A stretch of 64,000 nucleotides of DNA from Eubacteriales bacterium (GTDB taxonomy: Bacteria; Bacillota; Clostridia; Oscillospirales; CAG-272): contig JAZQWF010000056.1 of NCBI GenBank assembly GCA_045632185.1, positions 28,168-92,167 of the forward strand. Direction: 5' to 3'. Shown piece after piece: positions 19,655 through 27,109 of the stretch (the stretch's first letter is position 1; every line of letters starts with the position of its first letter). Below the pieces are notes generated by a model. That model had not been told where the DNA came from and did no database searches. It saw nothing but the letters and a program-made list of their open reading frames with translations. The position numbers and the translations under genes were made by a program.

Positions 19655-19761
19655 TCCTTTGATAGTAATCACTATGTAGTAATCCCATAATTATTTCAGC
19701 CGCCCTTCGGGGCGGCTGTTTCAAAAGAAACGAGGCAGACCGTTTGGTCTGCCTCGGCTTT

Positions 19762-20739
19762 TTAATTTTCTGCTTCCTTGCGGTTTTTACGCCAGCGGAA
19801 GGGAGAGCACTGATAGCGCTCGCGGAATTGATTGTGGAAGAAGCTGGTGTTTTCATATCCTACGGCGATGATGATATCACCGATGGGCAGATCGGTCTGC
19901 TCCAAAAGACGAATGGCCTCGCGGAAGCGTTCCTCCTGTAATAATCTGCTGAACGTCGTGCCGCACAGCTCGTGTACACGCTTGGATAGATAGGGAACAC
20001 TGAGCCCCAGCTTGTCCGCCAGCTCGCTCAGCGTTGCAGTACGGAAATCGGTGCGCAGATAGTTCTCAATGCGGGCTTGCAAAAGCTCCGCATCCGAGCG
20101 GTGGCGTGCCGTGGTGATGGTACATTCGGGCAGCTCGGCAAAGTAGCGCAGGATCAGGGAAACGGTGTTTTTCAGCGTATCCACACCCGTGATATCGTTA
20201 CCGACCATCGCATAGCACAGGTTTTCAAACAGATTTTCAAGGGGCGGAACACCCTCGGTAGAAAACAGCATATATTCCGCCTCGCCGTTGGAACGGATAT
20301 TTTCCGCCATAAAGGAGGAAAGCGGAGAGGAGGGGGGCAGCGCGGAGGCCAGGGAGTGGAAGCACTCAGTGGCCAGCATCACGTTGATGGCAATATCGCC
20401 CTCTCGCGTTTTGCGAACGCTGTGCTGGGTGTGACGGTTGAGAAGCAGCATATCTCCCGCGCGCATCTTGACCTCGCGGTGCTTGATCACGTGCGTGACC
20501 TCGCCCGAGCAAACGTAGGTCATTTCCACATAGTTGTGACCGTGCGCAGGGAAGTCGGCAAAGCGGGTGTGGCGGCGCAGCGCGATCTGCTCGCCATCCT
20601 GCATCAATCGGTGGCTGTTCACGATAAATTCCTTGGCAAAGGCGGTATAAAGGCGCTTGTTGACGCGATTTTCGCCTTCCAGAATTCTTTTTTCTTCTTC
20701 GTTGATCTGAGATAGCTTGGATAAAATCTCTTCTCTCAT
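19762..20739 (-). CDS. AraC-family transcriptional regulator (cupin sensor + HTH), probable rhamnose regulator
   Basis: 325 aa. There is a cupin-like N-terminal half (HGHNYVEMTYVCSGE) and a C-terminal AraC HTH (IIAVGYENTSFFHNQFRERYQCSPFRWR). It is divergent from rhaA. Confidence 0.85.
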   Translation of the reverse strand: MREEILSKLSQINEEEKRILEGENRVNKRLYTAFAKEFIVNSHRLMQDGEQIALRRHTRFADFPAHGHNYVEMTYVCSGEVTHVIKHREVKMRAGDMLLLNRHTQHSVRKTREGDIAINVMLATECFHSLASALPPSSPLSSFMAENIRSNGEAEYMLFSTEGVPPLENLFENLCYAMVGNDITGVDTLKNTVSLILRYFAELPECTITTARHRSDAELLQARIENYLRTDFRTATLSELADKLGLSVPYLSKRVHELCGTTFSRLLQEERFREAIRLLEQTDLPIGDIIIAVGYENTSFFHNQFRERYQCSPFRWRKNRKEAEN

Positions 20740-20924
20740 ATAGCCCTCCCGCGGGTATAAATATACCCAATAATGCGATAGTTTTTCTCATTATAGCACA
20801 TATTTTTCCAAAAATCAAGTTCTTTTCTTAAAAAGTGGCCTTTTTTTGTGAAATAGTAGTTCTATATTTTGCCATTGTTTTATGATACAATTAAGATGAA
20901 AAATTATGTAAGGGGGTTCTCTAC

Positions 20925-22169
20925 ATGAACGTTTACCAATGGGCAAAAGAAAAGTACGCCGCACGCGGCGTTGATACCGAGGCCGCCATCAAAGCATTGC
21001 AGGATTTTTCCATCTCCATGCACTGCTGGCAGGGTGACGACGTTATTGGCTTTGACAGCAAGCAGGGCCTTTCCGGCGGCATTCAGACCACGGGTAACTA
21101 TCCGGGCCGTGCCACCACTCCCGCCGAGCTGATGGCAGATATGGACAAGGTGTTCTCCCTTGTCGGCGGCAAGCACAAGATCAACGTGCACGCTTGCTAC
21201 GCTATTTTTGAGGACGGCGAGTTCGCAGACCGCGACCAGCTTGAACCCAAGCACTTTGCTAAGTGGGTAGAGTACGCAAAGGCACGCGGCATGGGACTTG
21301 ACTTCAACCCCACCTTCTTCTCTCACCCCAAGGCGGCAAGCGGCCTGACGCTTTCCAACCCCGACGAGGATATCCGTAAGTTCTGGGTTGAGCATGGCAA
21401 GGCATGTATTCGCATTGCTTCTTACTTCGCTAAGGAAACCGGTATTCCTTGCGTGATGAATATCTGGATCCCCGATGGCTACAAGGAAATTCCCGCAGAC
21501 CGTATGGGTCCCCGCGCACGTTACGCACAGTCCCTGGACGAGATGCTGACCGAGCCCTTCGACAAGAACGAGGTTCTGATCTGCTTGGAGTCTAAGGTGT
21601 TCGGCATCGGCGTTGAGTCCTACACCGTCGGCTCCGCCGAGTTCACGCTCAACTACGTAAACCAGAAGGGACTTGTTCCGCTGATGGACAACGGCCACTA
21701 CCACCCCACCGAGGTGGTTTCCGACAAGCTTTCCGCTATGCTTGTATTCCACGATAAGGTTGCTCTGCACGTAACGCGCGGCGTTCGTTGGGATAGTGAC
21801 CACGTGGTTCGCTTTGACGACGAAACCCGCGAGATCGCAAAGGAGATCGTGGCAAGCGGCCGCATGAACGACGTTGCTGTGGCTCTTGACTTCTTTGATG
21901 CCAGCATCAACCGTATCGCTGCTTGGGTTGTCGGTATGCGCAACATGCAGCGCGCTATGCTGTCCGCTCTGCTTACGCCTCACGCTGACTGGAAGAAGGT
22001 ACAGGACGCAGGCGACTTCACCTCTATGCTTGCTCTTTCCGAGGAATTCAAGTCCATGCCCGAGTGCGTGGTTTGGGAGGAGTTCTGCAACCGTTGCGGC
22101 GTTCCCGCAGACGAGCAGTGGCTTGCTGAGGTCAAGAAGTACGAGGCCGAGGTTCTCTCCAAGAGATAA
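20925..22169 (+). CDS. rhaA: L-rhamnose isomerase
   Basis: 414 aa. The N-terminus (AIKALQDFSISMHCWQGDDV) and the overall sequence match the RhaA family. Confidence 0.9.
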   Translation: MNVYQWAKEKYAARGVDTEAAIKALQDFSISMHCWQGDDVIGFDSKQGLSGGIQTTGNYPGRATTPAELMADMDKVFSLVGGKHKINVHACYAIFEDGEFADRDQLEPKHFAKWVEYAKARGMGLDFNPTFFSHPKAASGLTLSNPDEDIRKFWVEHGKACIRIASYFAKETGIPCVMNIWIPDGYKEIPADRMGPRARYAQSLDEMLTEPFDKNEVLICLESKVFGIGVESYTVGSAEFTLNYVNQKGLVPLMDNGHYHPTEVVSDKLSAMLVFHDKVALHVTRGVRWDSDHVVRFDDETREIAKEIVASGRMNDVAVALDFFDASINRIAAWVVGMRNMQRAMLSALLTPHADWKKVQDAGDFTSMLALSEEFKSMPECVVWEEFCNRCGVPADEQWLAEVKKYEAEVLSKR

Positions 22170-22190
22170 TTCGTTACGTTTGCAACGCTC

Positions 22191-22221
22191 AAAACCCCCG
22201 AAATTCGGGGGTTTTTGCGTT
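22191..22221 (+). terminator. rho-independent terminator after rhaA
   Basis: Hairpin AAAACCCCCGAA-ATT-CGGGGGTTTT followed by a T-rich tail. Confidence 0.85.
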
Positions 22222-22412
22222 TTTGCTGCAATTTTCGGCCGCAAAGCGGGGAATTGTTGATTTTTGCAATCTTTTTATATGTAGAAAAAAATCAAAAAAA
22301 TTCACATTTTTTTCGGGAAATTACTTTACAAAATCCAAATTTTTTGATATACTATATTGCGTGATAAAATTTTTATCGTCTGCCTATGGCAGATATGAAG
22401 GAGTGTTGATTT

Positions 22413-23597
22413 ATGAGCCGTATGATCGGTACCGTTTCCCGTGGTGTTCGCGCCCCCATTATCCGTGGTGGAGATAACCTTGTTGATATCGTCACCGAGT
22501 CCATTTACGAGGCCGCTAAGGACGGTGGCTACGAGATCCGCAATCGCGATATCGTGGCGATGACCGAGTCCATCGTTGCCCGCGCACAGGAAAACTACGT
22601 CACTATCGACGATATCGCCGCAGATGTTCGCAACAAGTTTGGCGGCGAAACTGTGGGCATCATTTTCCCGATCCTTTCCCGTAATCGCTTCTCTGTATGC
22701 CTTACCGGTATTGCAAGAGGCGCAAAGAAGGTTGTTATCATGCTTTCCTACCCCTCTGACGAGGTGGGTAACCATCTGGTAAGCTTCGATGCCATCGACG
22801 CCGCAGGTATCAATCCTTACAGCGACGTGCTGGATATCAAGCGCTACCGCGAGTGCTTCGGCTATGAGAAGCACACCTTTACCGGCGTTGATTACGTAGA
22901 GTACTACGAGCAGCTGGTACGCGCCGAGGGTGCAGATTGCGAGATCATCTTCGCAAACGACGCTCGCGCTATTTTGAAGCACACCGATAACGTGCTTTGC
23001 TGCGATATTCACACCCGCGCCCGCTCCAAGAGATTGCTGAAAGCTGCTGGCGCAAAGAAGGTATTTGGCCTTGACGATATCATGTCTGCTCCCGTAGGCG
23101 GCAGCGGCTACAATGAAAAGTACGGTCTGCTTGGCTCTAACAAGGCAACCGACGACAAGGTAAAGCTTTTCCCGCGTGACTGCCAGGGCCTGGTTGAGGG
23201 TATTCAGGAGCGCGTTTTGAAGGATACCGGCAAGCTTGTTGAGGTTATGGTTTACGGCGACGGCGCATTTAAGGATCCCGTCGGTAAGATCTGGGAGCTG
23301 GCCGATCCGGTCGTTTCTCCCGCCTACACCAAGGGCTTGGAGGGAACTCCCAACGAGTTGAAGCTGAAATACCTTGCAGATAACGATTTTGCAAACCTTT
23401 CCGGCGAGGCACTCCGTGCCGCGATCGAGGAAAAGATCGCTCACAAGGACACCAAGCAGGAAGGCCAGATGGGTACTACTCCCAGACGCCTGACCGACCT
23501 GATCGGCTCTCTTTGCGACTTGACCTCCGGCTCCGGTGATAAGGGTACGCCCATCATCTATATCCAGGGCTATTTCGATAACTATACCACTGAGTAA
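22413..23597 (+). CDS. CofE / F420-0:gamma-glutamyl ligase-like family protein
   Basis: 394 aa. The recalled family resemblance rests on GLLGSNKA, YGDGAFKDP and a C-terminal SGSGDKGTPIIYIQGY block. This is assigned from memory of the family pattern, not from a search. Confidence 0.5.
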   Translation: MSRMIGTVSRGVRAPIIRGGDNLVDIVTESIYEAAKDGGYEIRNRDIVAMTESIVARAQENYVTIDDIAADVRNKFGGETVGIIFPILSRNRFSVCLTGIARGAKKVVIMLSYPSDEVGNHLVSFDAIDAAGINPYSDVLDIKRYRECFGYEKHTFTGVDYVEYYEQLVRAEGADCEIIFANDARAILKHTDNVLCCDIHTRARSKRLLKAAGAKKVFGLDDIMSAPVGGSGYNEKYGLLGSNKATDDKVKLFPRDCQGLVEGIQERVLKDTGKLVEVMVYGDGAFKDPVGKIWELADPVVSPAYTKGLEGTPNELKLKYLADNDFANLSGEALRAAIEEKIAHKDTKQEGQMGTTPRRLTDLIGSLCDLTSGSGDKGTPIIYIQGYFDNYTTE

Positions 23598-23651
23598 TAT
23601 CATTTTCCCCGCGATTTTCAAAGATCGCGGGGAATTTTTACGGAGAATTTT

Positions 23652-24308
23652 ATGCTTGATACGGTATTTTTGATCCTGCAATGCGTTGGCGTGTTTTCCT
23701 TTTCCATTACGGGTACGATCATCGCCATGCGCAAGAAAAATGATTTTGTGGGGGCGCTGTTTTTCGCACTTTTGACCTCGTTTGGCGGTGGAATTATCCG
23801 CGACGTGGTAACGGGGAACATTCCGCGCCTTTTCACCCAAAAAGATTATTACATCATGGCGATCGTTTGCATCGCGACCTCGCTTTTGTGCTTCCATCTG
23901 GCATTTATCGAGCCAATCGGTAAATTTATCGGTAAGCACCGACACAACTTCTTTGTGGAGCTGACGGATGCCATCGGTCTTTCCATCTTCTGCGTGCTTG
24001 GCGTAGACGCCACCCGAACAATGCTTGGCGAGGGAACGATACCGCTGATCCTGATCTTCGGCGGCTTTATTACGGGCGTGGGCGGCGGTATGCTGCGCGA
24101 TATCTGCTCGGCACAGATCCCCGCGATCTTCCGCAAGGATATTTATCTGATCCCCGCGGTGCTTGGCTCCACGCTTTACGTTTTTACATACCCCCACTGG
24201 CCGCATCTGTTGGCCGTTGTCGTGGCATCGGCGCTGATCATGACCATTCGTTTGTTGGCGTATTTCTTCAAGTGGAATATGCCGGTACATAAAGAAAAGG
24301 ACGCATAA
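23652..24308 (+). CDS. trimeric intracellular cation channel (TRIC / UPF0126, YadS-YicG) family membrane protein
   Basis: 218 aa with 7 TM helices. The glycine-rich motif is duplicated (FGGGIIRDV and GVGGGMLRDI). Confidence 0.8.
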   Translation: MLDTVFLILQCVGVFSFSITGTIIAMRKKNDFVGALFFALLTSFGGGIIRDVVTGNIPRLFTQKDYYIMAIVCIATSLLCFHLAFIEPIGKFIGKHRHNFFVELTDAIGLSIFCVLGVDATRTMLGEGTIPLILIFGGFITGVGGGMLRDICSAQIPAIFRKDIYLIPAVLGSTLYVFTYPHWPHLLAVVVASALIMTIRLLAYFFKWNMPVHKEKDA

Positions 24309-24321
24309 TGCGTCCTTTTTC

Positions 24322-25092
24322 TTATTTATTCTGATGCAGCACCTCAAAGCCGAGCACGGTGGCAGCAGAGGCAGCGGAAAGGGAACCGCGGAACTCTCTG
24401 CCGTAGTCGATGCGCACAGTCTGGTCGCAAAGTGCCATTACCTCGCGGGAAACGCCGCGTTTTTCGCCGCCAACGACCAATACAAGCGGTTTTTTCAGGT
24501 CTGCCTCGTACATGGAAACCGCGTCGCGGATACCCGCTGTTACGATACGATAGCCCAGCTTTTTCAGCTCGGTCAATGCCGTTAAGGGGTCGCCCGCAAA
24601 GACAGGAAACGCCTCGGAAGCACCCGCAGAGGCGCGTGCTACCACGCCCGCCGCAGAGAGCCAGTTACGCTCGCCGAGCAGAATGGCATCACACCCCGCC
24701 GCGTAAAGCGAGCGCAGAGCATAGCCGAAGTTATAAGGGTCCTCCAACCCTTCCAGATAGCACAAAAAGCCGTTTTTCGGCAGGTTTTGCGCGGTGGGGG
24801 CGGGAAGTGTGCGATCACCGCAAAGGGCGATCACGCCGCCGTGGGTGTTACCGATACAATTTTCCTCGATCGTGGCAGTATCCGTCAGCACAAGGGGAAT
24901 ACCCAGCTCGCGCGTTTTGGCCTGTAAAAAGCCGAATTCGCGCATTTTTTTCTCCTTTTTGGTACGGTCAAACCAGATCTCGTGGATCGGGCGATCATTC
25001 ACGCCCGCCGCCTTGGCTGCAAGCAGCGCGGAGATCGAGGTCATACCTTCCATTATATTAGACGGAACAAATCTTTTTTCTTCTTTGATCAT
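24322..25092 (-). CDS. TrmH/SpoU-family RNA 2'-O-methyltransferase (RlmB-like)
   Basis: 256 aa counted from MIKEEK. It has an N-terminal substrate-binding region and SpoU methylase motifs (LVVGGEKRGVS...IDYGREFRGSLSAASAATV). Confidence 0.85.
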   Translation of the reverse strand: MIKEEKRFVPSNIMEGMTSISALLAAKAAGVNDRPIHEIWFDRTKKEKKMREFGFLQAKTRELGIPLVLTDTATIEENCIGNTHGGVIALCGDRTLPAPTAQNLPKNGFLCYLEGLEDPYNFGYALRSLYAAGCDAILLGERNWLSAAGVVARASAGASEAFPVFAGDPLTALTELKKLGYRIVTAGIRDAVSMYEADLKKPLVLVVGGEKRGVSREVMALCDQTVRIDYGREFRGSLSAASAATVLGFEVLHQNK

Positions 25093-25182
25093 AATTACTT
25101 TCCTTTGTTCTTTTGCGCCGATGCGCCTCATAAGATAAGTATAGCAAATTTTTTGCAATTTTTCAACAGGGGAAAGGGAAAT

Positions 25183-25443
25183 ATGCTACATATTATAGAA
25201 GAAAATCGCTGCGAGGCGTTGGGGCGATATATTGTAAGCTATCAGGCGACCGTGCGTGACACCGCCGCAAAATTTCAGATCAGCAAAAGCACCGTACACA
25301 AGGATGTGACCGCCGTGCTGAAAAATATCAATCGCGGGCTTTATGAGGAGGTCAGTGCCATTTTGCAGAAAAACAAATCAGAGCGCCACCTGCGCGGCGG
25401 CGAGGCCACGCGAAAAAAATACGAGCGAAGCGGCAAAAAATAA
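25183..25443 (+). CDS. spoIIID: stage III sporulation protein D (mother-cell transcription regulator)
   Basis: 86 aa. The sequence MLHIIEENRCEALGRYIVSYQATVRDTAAKFQISKSTVHKDV...SERHLRGGEATRKKY matches the SpoIIID HTH family. A GGGGAAAGGGA ribosome-binding site is present. Confidence 0.9.
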   Translation: MLHIIEENRCEALGRYIVSYQATVRDTAAKFQISKSTVHKDVTAVLKNINRGLYEEVSAILQKNKSERHLRGGEATRKKYERSGKK

Positions 25444-25494
25444 ACGGGGAGGCGAAGAACCCGCCTTATTTGCTTTTTGGCTCATTTATAGATA

Positions 25495-25510
25495 CAATTA
25501 TACAAAATAC
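25495..25510. repeat. left direct repeat (attL core)
   Basis: CAATTATACAAAATAC, identical to 27803-27818. Confidence 0.95.
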
Positions 25511-25638
25511 GGTTTTTGTTTGACTTGAAAGTGGCGGGGGCGCCATTTCCTATCGCGCATTGCGCGGGCGCCTTTCCTTTCCGCCGCTGGGCGCGGGGCT
25601 TGCAACGAGCCAAACCATACAAAAACCCGTATTTTGTA
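25501..25638. repeat. imperfect inverted repeat: left att core paired with an inverted internal copy, enclosing an 83-nt loop
   Basis: Pairing was checked by hand. 25501-25512 pairs with 25627-25638 (12 bp), C25626 is unpaired, 25513-25519 pairs with 25619-25625 (7 bp), and 5 further pairs extend out to 25527/25611. Confidence 0.85.
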
Positions 25639-25771
25639 AGCACATCCGCGCTTCGGCGCGGGTGCGGTTAATTGCCGCGATTTCCGCCACTTGCCGCCGT
25701 CTGCGCGCGCGCGCCCCTCCTTCCCACTCTCCCGCCCGCTGGACAAATATTGCGATTGTGAAAAATCCCGC

Positions 25772-25800
25772 TTGACATTCCACACCAAGCGTGATATAAT
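25772..25800 (+). promoter_or_regulatory. near-consensus sigmaA promoter inside the element, facing rep
   Basis: TTGACA (25772-25777), a 17-nt spacer, then an extended -10 TGaTATAAT (25792-25800). Confidence 0.75.
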
Positions 25801-26138
25801 AAGTGTGCAGATATACCGCATGGTATAAACGCACGCCAAAGTCCACGATCGCGCGCAGGGCTGGGCGCTGTGATCGCGTGCGTAAGCCAAAGGGAGTTCC
25901 CGCAAGGGGGCTCCCTTTTCGCGTCCCCGCGTATGCGGGTATCTGCGCTCCCCCAGCGGGGGACGGGAGGGGGAGAAAACCCGCCCGCGGCGAAACGGGG
26001 TGCAGGGGTACCCCCTGCACGCAAGCCCCCTCGGGGGCACAGCGGAACGGGGGGGGAGGGCGCTCCGTTGCGCCCGTAACTCTCAATGGAGGATTGCAAA
26101 TCCATTACTTGATATATAGGACAGTATGTCATCAAATC
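25801..26138 (+). other. hairpin-dense GC-rich leader (candidate structured RNA or single-strand origin)
   Basis: There are successive stem-loops: GGGAG..CCC-GCAA-GGG..CTCCC (25893-25916), CCCGC-GTAT-GCGGG, CCCCC-AGC-GGGGG, GTGCAGGGG-TAC-CCCCTGCAC (a 9-bp stem) and GCCCC-CTCG-GGGGC. Translations in all frames are low-complexity G/R/P. Confidence 0.45.
26107..26115 (+). other. candidate rolling-circle nick site (phiX174-ori-like ACTTGATAT)
   Basis: There is a 9-nt identity to my recollection of the phiX174 origin core CAACTTG/ATATTAATAAC. The motif lies immediately 3' of a GGATT-GCA-AATCC hairpin and 24 nt upstream of the rep ATG. Confidence 0.3.
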
Positions 26139-26972
26139 ATGCAATTCCAGTCCAGCCAAAAACTAAATTCTTTTTCCGCCCCAGCGGAAAAATTCCACGC
26201 CCGCGCAAAGTACATTCCCGACGGAAACGGCGGCTTAAAACTCGCTATGGTTCAGGGCTTTACATTCCCGATGTTCAATCCCGACGCCGACGCCTCCGCC
26301 GTCAAAAAAAGCGGCGTTGCCGAGGATCCCGCCCCGCGCGATCCTACGGCTTCGCCCGCGCTTGCCGATGTTGAGCGCGCTTCCCGCCGCGCGAAAATTT
26401 CCGCTTTCGATAAAATCCTCTGCAATCCCGACCTTGACACCTTCGCCACATTCACCTATGCTCCCGATTTTGTGACCGATAAAGCCGATTGGGACGCGTG
26501 CTACCGCTATTTGAAAAATTGGCTTTCCAACCGCGTCCAGCGCGATGGCTTAAAATATGTGATTGTTCCCGAGCGTCACAAATCGGGGGATATTCATTTC
26601 CACGGGATTTTGAACAGCAGCGCGCTTGACCTTTCGCGCGCGGTGTCACCGAAAAGCGGCCGCCCGCTTTCCCACAAGGGCAACCCGCTTTTCAACATAC
26701 CCGATTGGCGCGGCGGCTTCACTTCTGCCGAGATTATTCAAGGCGGCGCGCAAGACCGCGAAAAAGTGGCAAAATATATTTTCAAGTACATGGGCAAGCA
26801 AGCGGGCGCGAAAGTCGGCGGGCGGTATATGCTTTCCGGCGGTGATCTTGTTTTGCCGACTTATGTTTACGAGCAGAGTATTGACGCGCTGCTTGACGGC
26901 ACCACGCCCGTTTATGATCGCGCCGTCGATCTTGGGGAGCGGGGTAAATATTTTGAGTACAGTTTTATTTGA
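26139..26972 (+). CDS. rolling-circle replication initiator, HUH superfamily I (two-tyrosine, Microviridae gpA/VP4-like)
   Basis: 277 aa counted from the first ATG after the structured region. Motif I is FATFTY, motif II is GDIHFHGIL (HUH), and motif III is KYIFKYMGK (Y-x-x-x-Y). The start codon is uncertain because no clear ribosome-binding site is present and the ORF stays open upstream to 25803. Confidence 0.75.
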   Translation: MQFQSSQKLNSFSAPAEKFHARAKYIPDGNGGLKLAMVQGFTFPMFNPDADASAVKKSGVAEDPAPRDPTASPALADVERASRRAKISAFDKILCNPDLDTFATFTYAPDFVTDKADWDACYRYLKNWLSNRVQRDGLKYVIVPERHKSGDIHFHGILNSSALDLSRAVSPKSGRPLSHKGNPLFNIPDWRGGFTSAEIIQGGAQDREKVAKYIFKYMGKQAGAKVGGRYMLSGGDLVLPTYVYEQSIDALLDGTTPVYDRAVDLGERGKYFEYSFI

Positions 26973-27109
26973 CAATGTGTCCCAAAAACGGGACGCAAAA
27001 TGCAGCCGCCCGCCGACGGCCGCCGCCCCCGGTGGTTGGCGGTGGGTGGAAGCCGCGCCCGCGCGGCAAAAACCCAGCCAAAAACAATTTAACAGTTTAG
27101 GAGTGTAAA

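Noticed and set aside
22326-24347. A 673-aa minus-strand ORF spanning the CofE-like and TRIC genes.
   Set aside because: It crosses an intergenic region and two well-formed + strand genes that have ribosome-binding sites. Its composition is not protein-like.
25498-26159. Three overlapping minus-strand ORFs (163-180 aa) and several + strand ORFs within the GC-rich left part of the element, including the 25803-26138 extension of the Rep ORF.
   Set aside because: All frames are open simply because the DNA is GC-rich and stop-poor. The translations are G/R/P/A low-complexity. The region is better explained by the hairpins, a promoter and the att-related repeats.
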